Below the pieces are notes generated by a model that did no database searches, was not told where the DNA came from, and was given only the letters and a program-made list of their open reading frames with translations. A DNA stretch of 64,000 bases from an uncultured Spirochaetia bacterium (GTDB lineage: Bacteria > Desulfobacterota_D > UBA1144 > Nemesobacterales > UBA2774): NCBI GenBank assembly GCA_964618635.1, contig CAZUDM010000010.1:24279-88278 (forward strand). The letters are read 5' to 3'. This document shows positions 29,769 to 40,933 of this stretch, piece by piece (the first letter of the stretch is position 1; every line of letters starts with the position of its first letter). Both the position numbers and the translations under genes were made by a program.

Positions 29769-31463
29769 ATGAAAAAGAACTGGTCCATAAAAAAGGAAAA
29801 TCCGAAGCTGAGGGATAAGCTCTCGAAAACCCTGCAGGTCTCTCCGATAACTGCGCAGATACTCATAAACCGCGGAATAGAAAACGAGGCGGAAGCTTCT
29901 TTATTCCTCAACAGCACGCTCTTCGACCTTCCCTCGCCATACCTCATGAAAGGAATGGACAAGGCTGTGGAGCGGATTAAAAAAGCCCTCGACAACCGTG
30001 AGAAAATTGCGATTTACGGTGACTACGACGTAGACGGCGTAACCTCGACCGCCCTCTTCTACACCTTCATGAAGGGCCTCGGGGCAGACATAGCGTATTA
30101 CAACCCCGACAGGATGAAGGAAGGTTACGGAGTAAACGCCGAGGCCGTGAGGAAGCTCGCCAGCGACGGCGTTACGCTCATAATCTCGGGCGACTGCGGC
30201 ATCACGGCCGTGAAGGAAGTCGAGGAGGCAAGGGCGCTCGGCGTGGATTTCATAGTCACCGACCATCACAAGCCGCCCGAGGAGCTTCCGAACGCCGTAT
30301 CGATACTCAACCCGCAGCTTTCCGACTGCAAGTATCCCGGAAAGGGCATCACCGGCGTCGGCGTCGTTTTCAATCTGGTGATAGCCTTGAGACGCGCGTT
30401 GAGAGAAGACGGATTTTTCGGTAAAGAGGAACCTAATCTCGCCGAGTATCTGGACCTCGTCGCGCTCGGGACGGTGGCCGACTGCGCACCGCTCATGGAC
30501 GTGAACCGCATCTTCGTCAGGGAAGGCATAAAGAGGATGGAGAAGCCCAAGCGCATAGGCATACAGGCGCTCAAGGAAGCGAGCAGCATAAACGGAGGCA
30601 TAACGTCTTACGACCTCGGCTTCAAGCTCGGCCCCAGGATAAACGCCTCGGGCAGGCTTTCGAGCGCCGCGAAGGCGGTCGAGCTCTTCATCTCGGAAGA
30701 CATCGAGGATGCGAGAGAGATAGCGAAGGCCCTCAGCAGGGAGAACTCGAGCAGGCAGAACATCGAAGGCGAGATACTGAAGCAGGCGCTCGCTCAGGTC
30801 GAGCTGGATAAGAACGTTCTCCGCGAGAACTCGATCGTGCTCGCATCCCGGGGATGGCATCCCGGCATCATCGGTATCGTCGCGTCTCGTATAGTCGAAA
30901 GGTACGAGAGACCTGTAATAATGATCGCCGTCGACGAAGGCGGCACGGGAAAGGGCTCCGGACGGAGCGTGAAGGGAGTGAACATATACGCCGCCCTTTC
31001 CGAATGCAGGGAGCTTCTTCTCCAGTTCGGCGGCCACGAGCAGGCGGCGGGGCTCTCCATAAGGGAAGAGAGCATCGGAGAGCTGAGAGACATGTTCGAA
31101 AGAGCGATTTCGAACATCGGCGCGGATTACATGGCGACCCTCGACATCGACTGTGCGGTTACGCTAGACGATGTAACCGAAACCCTGGTATCCGAGCTCG
31201 GCCAGCTGGAACCCTACGGCATCGGCAACCCCGAGCCCGTGCTTCTTGCCGAATCGGTCGAAGTCATCTCGAAGCGGGTCTTTAAAGACAAGCACATCGG
31301 GCTTAAGGTAAGGCAGGGCGGAAAACCCCTCGACGCGGTATGGTTCAACGCTGCGGAAGACACTGACATCGCAGACAGGGTAGACCTCGTTTTCACGCCG
31401 GAATTCAACGTCTGGAACGGGAAAAAAGAAATACGGCTGAAAATCTGGGACGCCGCCCGCTGA
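29769..31463 (+). CDS. recJ: Single-stranded-DNA-specific exonuclease RecJ.
   Basis: DHH motifs (DYDVDGVTS, DHH in IVTDHHKPP), DHHA1 region and a C-terminal OB-like region. Confidence 0.88.
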   Translation: MKKNWSIKKENPKLRDKLSKTLQVSPITAQILINRGIENEAEASLFLNSTLFDLPSPYLMKGMDKAVERIKKALDNREKIAIYGDYDVDGVTSTALFYTFMKGLGADIAYYNPDRMKEGYGVNAEAVRKLASDGVTLIISGDCGITAVKEVEEARALGVDFIVTDHHKPPEELPNAVSILNPQLSDCKYPGKGITGVGVVFNLVIALRRALREDGFFGKEEPNLAEYLDLVALGTVADCAPLMDVNRIFVREGIKRMEKPKRIGIQALKEASSINGGITSYDLGFKLGPRINASGRLSSAAKAVELFISEDIEDAREIAKALSRENSSRQNIEGEILKQALAQVELDKNVLRENSIVLASRGWHPGIIGIVASRIVERYERPVIMIAVDEGGTGKGSGRSVKGVNIYAALSECRELLLQFGGHEQAAGLSIREESIGELRDMFERAISNIGADYMATLDIDCAVTLDDVTETLVSELGQLEPYGIGNPEPVLLAESVEVISKRVFKDKHIGLKVRQGGKPLDAVWFNAAEDTDIADRVDLVFTPEFNVWNGKKEIRLKIWDAAR

Positions 31464-31555
31464 CTCAGTATAATTTATAGTCCATTAAAAAATAAAAACT
31501 GTATCCGGACGAATCGACCTCCCCGAGGTGATAAGCCGGAGAGGGGGGTTTCGTC

Positions 31556-32446
31556 ATGTCGTCGGTTAAGCCAAAGCTGGAAAACCTGAATTTTCTTTAT
31601 CCGATCATTATCATAGTCGTAATCGTGCTCGCGACGAGCGCTTTCGTCATAGTCGATAGCGGACACGTGGGCGTCGTGAGAACGCTCGGCGCCGTGCAGC
31701 CCATTCCGCTGCCCGAGGGCTTCCATCTGAAAAAGCCGTTTCTGGATAACGTCGAGCAGATAGACATAAGGCTGACGAAGGCGCAGTCGAAGTCGGCGGC
31801 GGCGTCGAAGGACCTCCAGACCGTCCAGACGCAGGTAACGGTTCAGTACTCCATCACCGGGCCAACGGCTCCGCAGACGTTCCAGAAGATAGGAACGAGA
31901 GACATCGTCGCCGCGACAATAATCGAGCCTGCAATACAGGAGTCGGTAAAGGCCGTAACAGCGAAGTACACCGCCGAGCAGCTGGTGACGAAAAGGGCCG
32001 AGGTGAAGCTCCAGATACAGGAAGCCATAGAAAAATTCATAAACATCACGCTCGCGGATAAGGAGGTTCCAACGGCTCTCCAGATAGCGAATGTCGCTAT
32101 CACGGATTTTGAATTCTCGGACGAATTCAACAAGGCTATCGAGCTCAAGGTGAAGGCCGAACAGGAAGCGCTTCAGGCACTTAACGAAAAGACGAAGAGG
32201 GTGACCCAGGCCGAGGCCGCCTACCAGGAGCAGAAGCTCGCGGCCGACGCAGCCGCCTACGACATCGAGGCGAGGTCCAAGGCCAAGGCCGACGCGATAG
32301 AGAGGGAAGCGAAGGCGCTCAAAAGCAACCCCGAGCTGATTCAGCTCCGGCTCTCCGAAAAATGGGACGGCACGCTCCCGAAATTCACGGGCGGCGGTGC
32401 AATACCTTTCATCAACGTCGATTCGGCTATAAACGATAACCAGTAA
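31556..32446 (+). CDS. SPFH/Band 7 (prohibitin-like) membrane protein.
   Basis: N-terminal TM, SPFH domain and a C-terminal coiled coil (EQEALQALNEK...). Confidence 0.8.
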   Translation: MSSVKPKLENLNFLYPIIIIVVIVLATSAFVIVDSGHVGVVRTLGAVQPIPLPEGFHLKKPFLDNVEQIDIRLTKAQSKSAAASKDLQTVQTQVTVQYSITGPTAPQTFQKIGTRDIVAATIIEPAIQESVKAVTAKYTAEQLVTKRAEVKLQIQEAIEKFINITLADKEVPTALQIANVAITDFEFSDEFNKAIELKVKAEQEALQALNEKTKRVTQAEAAYQEQKLAADAAAYDIEARSKAKADAIEREAKALKSNPELIQLRLSEKWDGTLPKFTGGGAIPFINVDSAINDNQ

Positions 32447-32485
32447 GGATGATTGCTGGGCCTTCCGTTAAACCGGTATGGCCCT

Positions 32486-35377
32486 TTAATCGTTGTAGGA
32501 TTCCGGATCGGGGCAGGTGCATACGAGGTTTCTGTCGCCGTAGGGGTTGTTGATGCGTCCGACGGGGGGCCAGAATTTATTCTCCGCAACGTAAGGAAGC
32601 GGGAACGCCGCCTTCCCCCGAGAATAGGGGTGCTTCCAGTCGTCCCCCGCGATCTCCCGCGCTGTGTGTGGGGCGTTCTTTAGGACGTTGTCCTCGCGGC
32701 TGTATTCCCCCCGCGCTATCTCCCGGGCCTCTTTTTCTATTGAAATCAGGGCTTCGCAAAAACGGTCGAGCTCGTCGCGCGATTCGCTCTCCGTGGGCTC
32801 TATCATCATCGTTCCGGCGACAGGCCACGATATCGTCGGCGCGTGAAAGCCGTAGTCCATGAGTCTCTTGGCGACGTCCTCGACCTCGACACCGGCATCC
32901 TTCTTTAACTGCCGCATGTCGAGTATGAACTCGTGGGCGACCCGGCCTCCGGGACCTGTATAAAGGATGTCGTAGTGTTTTTCGAGCTTCGATTTTACGT
33001 AGTTGGCGTTCAGGATCGCGTATTTCGTGGCGTCGGTTACGCCCTCGCCGCCGAGCATCTTTATATACGCGTAGGAGACGAGCAGTATAGCAGCGCTCCC
33101 CCATGGTGCCGAGGATACCGCCGATATGGATTTCTCTCCTCCGACCTCGACGATCGAATGCCCCGGAAGATAAGGCGCGAGGTGCGGTGCGGCGCATATC
33201 GGCCCCGCACCCGGTCCGCCTCCCCCGTGGGGTATGCTGAAGGTTTTGTGAAGGTTGATGTGGCAAATATCCGCCCCGACGATTGCCGGGTTCGTGATAC
33301 CCACCTGCGCGTTCATGTTCGCCCCGTCCATGTATATCTGCCCGCCGTTTTCGTGAACTATGGAGCAGATTTCCTTTATGCTTTCCTCGAAGACCCCGTG
33401 TGTCGACGGGTACGTAACCATTAAAACTGCGAGGCTGTCCCTGTGCTTTTCGGCGGCTTCCCTGAGGGATTCGACGTCTATGTTCCCCCGCTCGTCGCAG
33501 GCTACGACGACGACCTTCATCCCCGCGAGCGCAGCGCTGGCCGGGTTCGTGCCGTGCGCTGAAGACGGTATGAGCGCGACGTTCCTTCCGCCCTCGCCCC
33601 TGTCCTTGTAATACGCCCTTATCACCATGAGCCCGGCGTATTCGCCCTGCGCCCCCGAGTTGGGCTGGAGCGATACGGCCGGAAGGCCGGTTATCGTCGA
33701 GAGGCTGCGTTCTAACTCCGAGAACACCTGCATATAACCCTCGGCCTGTGCCAGCGGGACGAATGGATGTATGTCTGCAAACTCGGGCCACGTTACGGGG
33801 ATCATTTCAGAGGTTGCGTTCAGCTTCATGGTGCAGGAGCCGAGGGGTATCATCGACGTCGTGAGCGAGAGGTCCTTCCCTTCGAGCTTCTTTATATATC
33901 GGAGCATCTTCGTTTCCGAGTGATAGCTGCTGAAAACAGGATGGGTAAGGAAATGGCTTTTGCGGCTGAGCGGCTCGGGATAAGAAATCTCATCGCCGGA
34001 GAGGCCCTCGCCGCCCTCCGCAGGCTTTTTATCAAGCGCCCCGGCGAAGAGCGCGACTATCTCTTCTACGTCCTCTTTTTCCACCGTCTCGTCGAGCGAT
34101 ATCCCAACGTGTCGGCTGTCTATGTATCTAAAATTAACGCCCGCTTTTTCGGCGGCGTTTTTAAGCCTCTCCACCCTGCCGTCCGAGCCGAGGTCGATCT
34201 TAAGTGTGTCGAAGTAATATTCGTTCTGCTGTTTAAGGCCGAGTTTTGAAAGCTCCGTTTCGAGGTCGCGCGCGAGAAGCGCTGTGCGGCTCGCGATTTC
34301 GCGGAGCCCGCGGGGGCCGTGATAAACTGCGTACATCGACGCCATTATCGCGAGGAGGGCCTGGGCAGTGCATATATTCGACGTCGCCTTTTCGCGCCGT
34401 ATGTGCTGCTCCCTCGTCTGAAGCGCCATTCGGTAAGCGGGCTCGCCGTGGGAGTCTATCGAGACGCCGATGATCCTCCCCGGAATCTGCCTCGCGAATT
34501 GTTCACGCGCGGCGAAATACGCCGCGTGCGGGCCGCCGTATCCGAGCGGTACACCGAGCCTCTGCGTTGAGCCGACGACGACATCTGCGCCCTGCTCACC
34601 GGGCGGCGTCAGGAGCGTGAGGCCGAGAAGGTCTGCCGCGACGGCGACCAGCGCGCCCGAGTCATGCGCCCTGGATATAAATTCGGAATAGTTCCGCACG
34701 GCGCCGTCCGCGTCCGGGTATTGAACGAGCGCGCCGAAGACGCCGTCACCGAATTCGAGCTCTTCGTGGTTTCCGATTACAACCTTTATTCCGAGCGGCT
34801 CGGCCCTCGTGAGGACGACATCTATCGTCTGTGGAAAGCATTTCTCCGAAACGAAGAAGACAGGCTCGCTTCCGGCGGCGGATTTTTTATCGACCGCCCT
34901 CAGCATCATTGTCATGGCCTCCGCCGCCGCTGTGCCTTCGTCTAAAAGCGAGGCGTTCGCGATGTCCATGCCGGTGAGGTCCGAAACCACCGTCTGAAAG
35001 TTAAGAAGCGCCTCCAGTCGGCCCTGCGATATCTCGGCCTGGTACGGCGTATACTGCGTATACCAGCCGGGATTTTCGAGGATGTTCCGCTGTATGACGC
35101 CCGGGACGACGCAGCCGTAATACCCGAGCCCAATGTATGATTTGAATACCTTGTTCTTTTTCGAAACGGCCCTCAGCTCACGGAGGAGCCTGTGCTCGCT
35201 GAGCCCGGGAGGAAGGTCGAGGGGCGCTTTAAGCCTTATCGACGCCGGGACCGTTTCGTCTATGAGCGCGTCCAGGGATTTCACCCCCACCTCGCCCAGC
35301 ATCGCGGACGTATCGTCTCCGCCCGGCCCTATATGTCTTGCCGAAAATCTGTCGTATCTATCCCTTCTGTTTTCCAT
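32486..35377 (-). CDS. gcvP: Glycine dehydrogenase (decarboxylating), single-chain P protein GcvP.
   Basis: 963 aa, with both the alpha and beta halves and a PLP lysine region. The N-terminus (RHIGPGGDD) is typical. Confidence 0.92.
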   Translation of the reverse strand: MENRRDRYDRFSARHIGPGGDDTSAMLGEVGVKSLDALIDETVPASIRLKAPLDLPPGLSEHRLLRELRAVSKKNKVFKSYIGLGYYGCVVPGVIQRNILENPGWYTQYTPYQAEISQGRLEALLNFQTVVSDLTGMDIANASLLDEGTAAAEAMTMMLRAVDKKSAAGSEPVFFVSEKCFPQTIDVVLTRAEPLGIKVVIGNHEELEFGDGVFGALVQYPDADGAVRNYSEFISRAHDSGALVAVAADLLGLTLLTPPGEQGADVVVGSTQRLGVPLGYGGPHAAYFAAREQFARQIPGRIIGVSIDSHGEPAYRMALQTREQHIRREKATSNICTAQALLAIMASMYAVYHGPRGLREIASRTALLARDLETELSKLGLKQQNEYYFDTLKIDLGSDGRVERLKNAAEKAGVNFRYIDSRHVGISLDETVEKEDVEEIVALFAGALDKKPAEGGEGLSGDEISYPEPLSRKSHFLTHPVFSSYHSETKMLRYIKKLEGKDLSLTTSMIPLGSCTMKLNATSEMIPVTWPEFADIHPFVPLAQAEGYMQVFSELERSLSTITGLPAVSLQPNSGAQGEYAGLMVIRAYYKDRGEGGRNVALIPSSAHGTNPASAALAGMKVVVVACDERGNIDVESLREAAEKHRDSLAVLMVTYPSTHGVFEESIKEICSIVHENGGQIYMDGANMNAQVGITNPAIVGADICHINLHKTFSIPHGGGGPGAGPICAAPHLAPYLPGHSIVEVGGEKSISAVSSAPWGSAAILLVSYAYIKMLGGEGVTDATKYAILNANYVKSKLEKHYDILYTGPGGRVAHEFILDMRQLKKDAGVEVEDVAKRLMDYGFHAPTISWPVAGTMMIEPTESESRDELDRFCEALISIEKEAREIARGEYSREDNVLKNAPHTAREIAGDDWKHPYSRGKAAFPLPYVAENKFWPPVGRINNPYGDRNLVCTCPDPESYND

Positions 35378-35532
35378 TAAAGTGCGTGACCCCGGGAGCT
35401 GCCCTTTAGTTGTGTAATGATACCTTAATCTCTAAAGTCCGGTCCCGCCGACCGTTGCGGCGGCGCGGGGAACAATTCGCCCGGATAGCGTTCTCCCGGG
35501 CGGCAAGGAACCGGGGAGTGGTCCCGTCCGGA

Positions 35533-35928
35533 TTATTCTTCCGATTCTTTTTCGGTGTATTCCGTATACTCCTCGAAGTCCATCAGGTCCTTGAGCTCTC
35601 CGGAATCGTAAGGCCTTACCTTTATCATCCAGCCTTCGCCGTAAGGGTCTTCGTTTATGGTTTCCGGCGCATCCAGTAAAACCTCGTTAACCTCCACCAC
35701 GTCACCGCTCACAGGGGCGTATATGTCTGAAACCGCCTTCGTCGATTCCACCGCGCCGAAAGGATCTCCCTTGGTTATTTCGTCGCCCTCGCCCGGAAGC
35801 TCTATGTATACGATTTCGCCGAGCGCGTCCTGGGCGTAGTCAGTAATCCCGATGATTATCAGATCGCCTTCGTAACGTACCCATTCGTGATCGGAAGTGT
35901 ACTGCAGATCGTCCGGTATTTGCACCAT
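35533..35928 (-). CDS. gcvH: Glycine cleavage system H protein GcvH.
   Basis: Lipoyl-lysine motif ESTKAVSD. Confidence 0.92.
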   Translation of the reverse strand: MVQIPDDLQYTSDHEWVRYEGDLIIIGITDYAQDALGEIVYIELPGEGDEITKGDPFGAVESTKAVSDIYAPVSGDVVEVNEVLLDAPETINEDPYGEGWMIKVRPYDSGELKDLMDFEEYTEYTEKESEE

Positions 35929-35944
35929 GACTCAGTCTCCTTAA

Positions 35945-37030
35945 TTAAACAGCCTTTTTATAAAAGGGGAAATCCACTATATCGGCTTCCCTCACCGTGC
36001 CCCTGATTTCGATTTTGACCCTGCTTCTGCCGGCGGCCTCACTCTTTAAATAACCCATACCTATCGATTTATCAAGGCTGGGCGATAAAGTCCCGCTGGT
36101 TACGCTGCCGAGAATGTGGCCGTCGTTGTAAATCCCGTAGCCCTGGCGTGGTATCCCACGCTCTATCATTTCGAATCCTACGAGCTTTTGCGTGAGCCCC
36201 TTTTCGAGCGATTTTTTAAGCGCCTCCCTTCCGAGGAAATCCCCGCTTTCGAGCTTTATGTACCTCCCGAGACCGGCTTCGAGCGGATTTATGTGCTCGT
36301 CTATCTCGTGCCCGTAAAGGGGATAAGCCATCTCGATCCTGAGCGTGTCGCGCGCGCCGAGCCCGCAGGGTTTTATACCGTAGCCGCGCCCCGCGTCCGT
36401 GAGGCTCTCCCACAAGGCCGGACCGCCGTCCCACGGAAGGAATATCTCGTAACCGTCCTCGCCCGTGTAGCCTGTCCTCGCGACTATTATATCCATCCCC
36501 TGCCAGTGAAACGGCCTGAATCGGAACCTGCCGACTCCGGAAAGCTCGTCGCCGAGCAGCTTCCCGAGGATTTTACCGGAATCCGGGCCCTGAATCGCTA
36601 TCTGGGAATACTCGCGGCTCCTGTCGTCAACGCTCACGTCGAAACGGCCGGACTCTGCTTTTATCCATTCGTAATCCTTCGACGTGTTCGAAGCGTTCAC
36701 GCAGAAGAGAAACTCATCGTCCGAAAATTTATATATTATGACGTCGTCCACGACGCCGCCTTCACGGTTGCAAAGGAGCGTATACTGCGCCTGAAAATCC
36801 TTGACGGCCTCGACGTCGTTCGTCGTCATCCACTGAGTGAAGGCCTTCGCTTCCGGGCCCGTGACGAAAATCTCGCCCATGTGGCTTACGTCGAAGAGGC
36901 CCGCCGAGGTCCTGACCGCCCTGTGCTCCTCCCTTATCCCCTCGTACTGGACCGGCATTTCCCACCCGGCGAATTCGACGATCTTCGCGCCGAGCTGTTT
37001 GTGGATGGGGTATAAAGCAGTTCTACTCAT
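35945..37030 (-). CDS. gcvT: Aminomethyltransferase (glycine cleavage T protein) GcvT.
   Basis: GcvT family, 361 aa, in gcvT-H-P order. Confidence 0.9.
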   Translation of the reverse strand: MSRTALYPIHKQLGAKIVEFAGWEMPVQYEGIREEHRAVRTSAGLFDVSHMGEIFVTGPEAKAFTQWMTTNDVEAVKDFQAQYTLLCNREGGVVDDVIIYKFSDDEFLFCVNASNTSKDYEWIKAESGRFDVSVDDRSREYSQIAIQGPDSGKILGKLLGDELSGVGRFRFRPFHWQGMDIIVARTGYTGEDGYEIFLPWDGGPALWESLTDAGRGYGIKPCGLGARDTLRIEMAYPLYGHEIDEHINPLEAGLGRYIKLESGDFLGREALKKSLEKGLTQKLVGFEMIERGIPRQGYGIYNDGHILGSVTSGTLSPSLDKSIGMGYLKSEAAGRSRVKIEIRGTVREADIVDFPFYKKAV

Positions 37031-37238
37031 GGTAATTGTTTAACAACACAAACGGGGGTTGTCAATAACGGCGGGACCGGCAGCCGTAAACGTCGTCGGA
37101 CGCGTGGAAATATTCGCGAATAAGTACAGCCCCTCCACAGAAAATCCGTGGAAAAAGAGTCTTACGGATGCTTACGAAACATGGGTATACACAGGATTTC
37201 TTCCGGCATGAATGACCGGAGAAAAAGTTAAATGAAAT

Positions 37239-37859
37239 TTAATCCCCGAAGATTATCCGTACGTTTTCTCTCTGCGCGGGCGGCACGAGACCCGGGTCGT
37301 TCACGTAATTATCGACGCCGTTCTCGTCCGTCCATATGTATATGGTCCGGCTCTCCGCAGGCCGTCCGGAGGAACCATACGCTTCGTAAGAGCCGGCAGA
37401 ATAATCCGTATATACCTCGACGTCCTCGTATGTCCTGACATTATTGGGCTGCCCGGGTTTCGCTAAATCCCGGTTGGCGTCGATGTTGCTTTCCCTGGAA
37501 AGCGTCGTGCCGAGGGTGGTGCCGTATCCGAGCGGGTGCTCCGGGTCGGAATATGAATAGTCGTTGGGATAATAGTATCCGTAATAGCCGTATACGGGAG
37601 AGAGAGGATTAGGAAAGAATGGGGGCTTATGACGGTGCTTGTGGCGGTCTCCGTGCTTTTTCCCGTGCTTTTTCCCGTCCTTTATTTCTCCGCCGCCCTT
37701 GCCCTGAACGGACGAAGGAGCCTCGCCGCCGGGAGCTGCCGCCGCCTTATCCGGCTTCCCCGATTTCATGCCTATTTTTCCTCCCGTATCCGCAGCGTAA
37801 AGCGCCCCGGTCATGGAGAAGACCATCACGAGAGAAAATAGATAATATCTGAAACCCAT
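37239..37859 (-). CDS. Secreted His/Lys/Gly-rich hypothetical protein. It has a Tyr-rich segment and a C-terminal W-x-D-E-N-G-V motif resembling DUF4124.
   Basis: Signal peptide (MGFRYYLFSLVMVFSMTGALYA), KKHGKKHGDRHKHRHK, YGYYGYYYPNDYSYSD and IYIWTDENGVDNYVNDPG. The start was moved from 37916 to the Met before the signal peptide. Confidence 0.55.
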   Translation of the reverse strand: MGFRYYLFSLVMVFSMTGALYAADTGGKIGMKSGKPDKAAAAPGGEAPSSVQGKGGGEIKDGKKHGKKHGDRHKHRHKPPFFPNPLSPVYGYYGYYYPNDYSYSDPEHPLGYGTTLGTTLSRESNIDANRDLAKPGQPNNVRTYEDVEVYTDYSAGSYEAYGSSGRPAESRTIYIWTDENGVDNYVNDPGLVPPAQRENVRIIFGD

Positions 37860-37933
37860 ACGGACACCCTCGGAAAAGTATACAGTGCGCGGGACGATAA
37901 ATGAAATATTTATCAACTGAAGGAACGAGGGGT

Positions 37934-39448
37934 TTAACTGTCACTCACGGCCGTAAACAGGGCGAGTACGTCGGGCTTTACGACCTTCCCCATCTGGTTT
38001 CGCGGAAGCTCCTTGACTGCGAGAAATTGGGACGGCACTTTGTACGGGGCAAGCCTCTCCCTGCACCATTCACGAAGCGCAGCGGGCGTCGGCTCCGCGC
38101 CGGCAAACACGAGCGCCGCCGAGACGCGCTCTCCCCATTCCTCGTCCGGGACGCCCACGACGGCGCAGTCGGCGATGGAGGGATGCTCCCTCAAAACCTC
38201 TTCGATCTCGAGCGCCGAGATCTTGTAGCCGCCGCTCTTGATTATGTCGACGGACTTCCGCCCGAGTATCCTGTAGACTCCTTCACTGTCCCGCTCGGCG
38301 GCGTCTCCCGTCCTGAACCATCCGCCTGGGGTAAATGACGCGGAAGTCTCCTCCGGTCTCCGCCAGTATTCGAGAAATACGTTCTTTCCCCTTATCACGA
38401 TCTCCCCTTCCGCAGCACCGGAGAGGATTCGGCCTTCTTCGTCTATGAGGGCGACTTCGACGCCGGGCAGCGGCGTTCCGACCCTGCCAGGCATTCGCTC
38501 CCCGGCGAGCGGGTTCGAGAGCGCCATTCCTATCTCCGTCATGCCGTATCTTTCGAGGAGAACATGTCCGGCTATCTCCTCCCATTTCCGGAGCGTCCCG
38601 ACGGGGAGCGCCGCAGAGCCCGACACCATGAGCCTCATCCTCCGCGCGGCTTCGGACATTACCTTTCTCTCGCCGGGGGACACTTCGTCCCACGCACGGA
38701 TGAGCCTCGAATATATGGTGGGGACAGCCATGAAAACGGTATAGTCGTTCCGTACGAATTTCTCCCACACGACCGGCGCGTCGAATTTCTCCAGCAGCTC
38801 GCACTTCGCCCCCGACCACAGCGCACACAAAAGCACGTTCAGTATCCCGTGGAGGTGGTGGAGGGGAAGCGGATTGAGTATGAAGTCGTTCTCCGTCCAT
38901 CCCCACGCTGAGACGAGCGAGGTTATCTGGTGCCTTATGTTTGCGTGGGTCGTGACGACGCCCTTCGGCCTGCTCGTCGTCCCGCTCGTGTATATGATCA
39001 TCGCACGGCGGCTCTCGTTCAGTTCGGGCAAGGGAGCAGCGACCCCGGCTTCGATGACGTCTTTCGCAGTGAAAAAAGCTGTGCCGTGGCTCTCCGAAAT
39101 CCTTTCCAGCCTGTCCCTGAATTCCTCGCCGGCGATGACGAAATCTGCCGCACTGTCCTTGATAACATATTCGAGCTCGGGGTCGGGATGAGACACACAG
39201 AGAGGGACGGCTATCCCCCCGGCCCTCCAAATGCCGAGGAGTATCGCCGGGTAGTCGAAGCCGGGCCTCACGATAAAAGCGGCCCTCTTTTCATTGAGGT
39301 CCCCCCTGCCCCCGGCTTTGAGGAGATGCGAAGCTACAGACGCCGAAGCCGAGAGCAGCCTGCCGTAAGTGTATTCCCCGGCCCTGTCGACTATGGCCGT
39401 CCTGTCTTTATGAAATTCGAGATTCTCTATAAGCCTTATTCCGCTCAA
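37934..39448 (-). CDS. AMP-dependent acyl-CoA synthetase/ligase (malonyl-CoA-synthetase-like).
   Basis: AMP-binding motif IYTSGTTSRPKGV and a C-terminal A10 lysine region (GKVVK). Confidence 0.8.
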   Translation of the reverse strand: MSGIRLIENLEFHKDRTAIVDRAGEYTYGRLLSASASVASHLLKAGGRGDLNEKRAAFIVRPGFDYPAILLGIWRAGGIAVPLCVSHPDPELEYVIKDSAADFVIAGEEFRDRLERISESHGTAFFTAKDVIEAGVAAPLPELNESRRAMIIYTSGTTSRPKGVVTTHANIRHQITSLVSAWGWTENDFILNPLPLHHLHGILNVLLCALWSGAKCELLEKFDAPVVWEKFVRNDYTVFMAVPTIYSRLIRAWDEVSPGERKVMSEAARRMRLMVSGSAALPVGTLRKWEEIAGHVLLERYGMTEIGMALSNPLAGERMPGRVGTPLPGVEVALIDEEGRILSGAAEGEIVIRGKNVFLEYWRRPEETSASFTPGGWFRTGDAAERDSEGVYRILGRKSVDIIKSGGYKISALEIEEVLREHPSIADCAVVGVPDEEWGERVSAALVFAGAEPTPAALREWCRERLAPYKVPSQFLAVKELPRNQMGKVVKPDVLALFTAVSDS

Positions 39449-39570
39449 TTACAATTCTCCTTGCGGTAACTTTACCGAAGAGCTGCTGAATCTCCCGCGC
39501 TAATTATAATTTCCCGGGGATATTTGGTAAAATTAAGCATCGCATCAGGGGGCTGGAAAGAGAACCCGGA

Positions 39571-40146
39571 ATGGCAGACGAAAAAAGAGGAAATGTGCTT
39601 GAGATAACCGAGCTCGGGAATCCCGTCCTTTGGGAAAGGGCGCGGGAAGTCAGGGACGTCAGCGACCCCGGCATACAGACGCTGATAGACGATCTCATCG
39701 AAACCGCGTATCACGCGAACGGCGTCGGCATCGCCGCGCCCCAGGTCGGGCGGACGGAGAGGATATTCATAATATCGTCCCGTCCCAACACGCGATACCC
39801 GGACGCCCCGGAGCTCGAGCCGACGGCCATTATAAACCCCGAGATCGTCTCGAAGTCGGAGGAGGCGGTCAAGGACTGGGAAGGCTGCCTCAGCATACCC
39901 GGGATAAGGGGGCTCGTCCCGCGCGCGAAGGCGCTCCGCGCCAGGTACGTCACGAGGGACGGCAAGACGGAGGAGGCCGAATTCAGCGACTTTATCGCCA
40001 GGGTTTTTCAGCATGAGCTCGACCATCTGGACGGCGTGCTCTTCCTTGACCGCGTGGAATCGACACGCGACGTCGTCACCGAAAGAGAATACGCAAAGGT
40101 TCTGGCATCGAGGGAAGGGGGCAACCTAGAAGAAGACAACCTATGA
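39571..40146 (+). CDS. def: Peptide deformylase.
   Basis: Motifs GVGIAAPQVG, EGCLSIPG and QHELDHLDG. Confidence 0.92.
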   Translation: MADEKRGNVLEITELGNPVLWERAREVRDVSDPGIQTLIDDLIETAYHANGVGIAAPQVGRTERIFIISSRPNTRYPDAPELEPTAIINPEIVSKSEEAVKDWEGCLSIPGIRGLVPRAKALRARYVTRDGKTEEAEFSDFIARVFQHELDHLDGVLFLDRVESTRDVVTEREYAKVLASREGGNLEEDNL

Positions 40147-40904
40147 GATACGTTATTCCGGCATTTATCCTGACGATTCTCTCCGCACTCCCTGCGACAT
40201 TACTTTACGCGCAGGACAAGAGCGAGACGGTATTCCAGACGTCCACGCTGAGCGCGCTCATGGAAGGGGTTTACGACGGGAACACGACGTTCGCCGAGCT
40301 GAAGAAGGAGGGCGACTTCGGGCTCGGCACGCTTAACGGCCTCGACGGCGAGATGGTCGGATTCGGCGGCGCGTTCTACCAGATCACGGCCGACGGCAAG
40401 GCTCACGAAATCCCCGACGACGCTGTCACGCCTTTCGCCGTAGTCACGTTCTTCGAGCCCGATAAAACAGTGTCCATAGATGGACCGCTCGGGTGCGCGG
40501 AGCTCGAAAAATATATTCTGGAGCAGCTTCCTTCGGACAACATCTTCTACGCGATAAAAATCGACGGCAAATTCGAATCCATCAAAACGAGGAGCGTCCC
40601 CAGGCAGTCGGAGCCCTATCCTCCCCTCGCCGAGGTCGTAAAAAAGGAGTCCGTATTCGAGCTCGAAAACGCGGAAGGCACGATTGCGGGCTACTGGTTC
40701 CCCGAGTATCTTTCCGGGGTGAACGCGGCTGGATTTCATTTTCACTTTCTGACCGCCGACAAAAAAACGGGCGGCCATGTTCTCGACTGCAGGGTAGGCA
40801 AGGTGAAAATGGGCATCGATTACAACGACGACCTCCAGATATCGCTTCCGAAGACGGAGAATTTCCTGGACGCCGATCTTACAGGCACGACGAAGCAGCA
40901 ATAA
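40143..40904 (+). CDS. Alpha-acetolactate decarboxylase with an N-terminal signal peptide.
   Basis: ALDC-family signatures (VFQTSTLSALMEGVYDG, FGLGTLNGLDGEMV). Overlaps the def stop by 4 nt. Confidence 0.8.
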   Translation: MRYVIPAFILTILSALPATLLYAQDKSETVFQTSTLSALMEGVYDGNTTFAELKKEGDFGLGTLNGLDGEMVGFGGAFYQITADGKAHEIPDDAVTPFAVVTFFEPDKTVSIDGPLGCAELEKYILEQLPSDNIFYAIKIDGKFESIKTRSVPRQSEPYPPLAEVVKKESVFELENAEGTIAGYWFPEYLSGVNAAGFHFHFLTADKKTGGHVLDCRVGKVKMGIDYNDDLQISLPKTENFLDADLTGTTKQQ

Positions 40905-40933
40905 CAAAGAGCACAGTATTAAAGAGGCGGGGA

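Noticed and set aside
37031-37238. Looked for a glycine riboswitch upstream of gcvT on the minus strand.
   Set aside because: The reverse complement lacks the conserved ACCGAAGG/CUCAGGC..AAAGGAC aptamer elements. Only generic hairpins are present.
38283-39469. Long antisense ORFs opposite the acyl-CoA synthetase (38283..39230, 38930..39469).
   Set aside because: Same reasoning: Arg-rich shadow frames with no recognisable domains.
40493-40933. The 5' part of the 430-aa ORF 40493..41785.
   Set aside because: It overlaps alsD in a different frame, is Arg-rich, and the cyclase has its own RBS and Met at about 40934.
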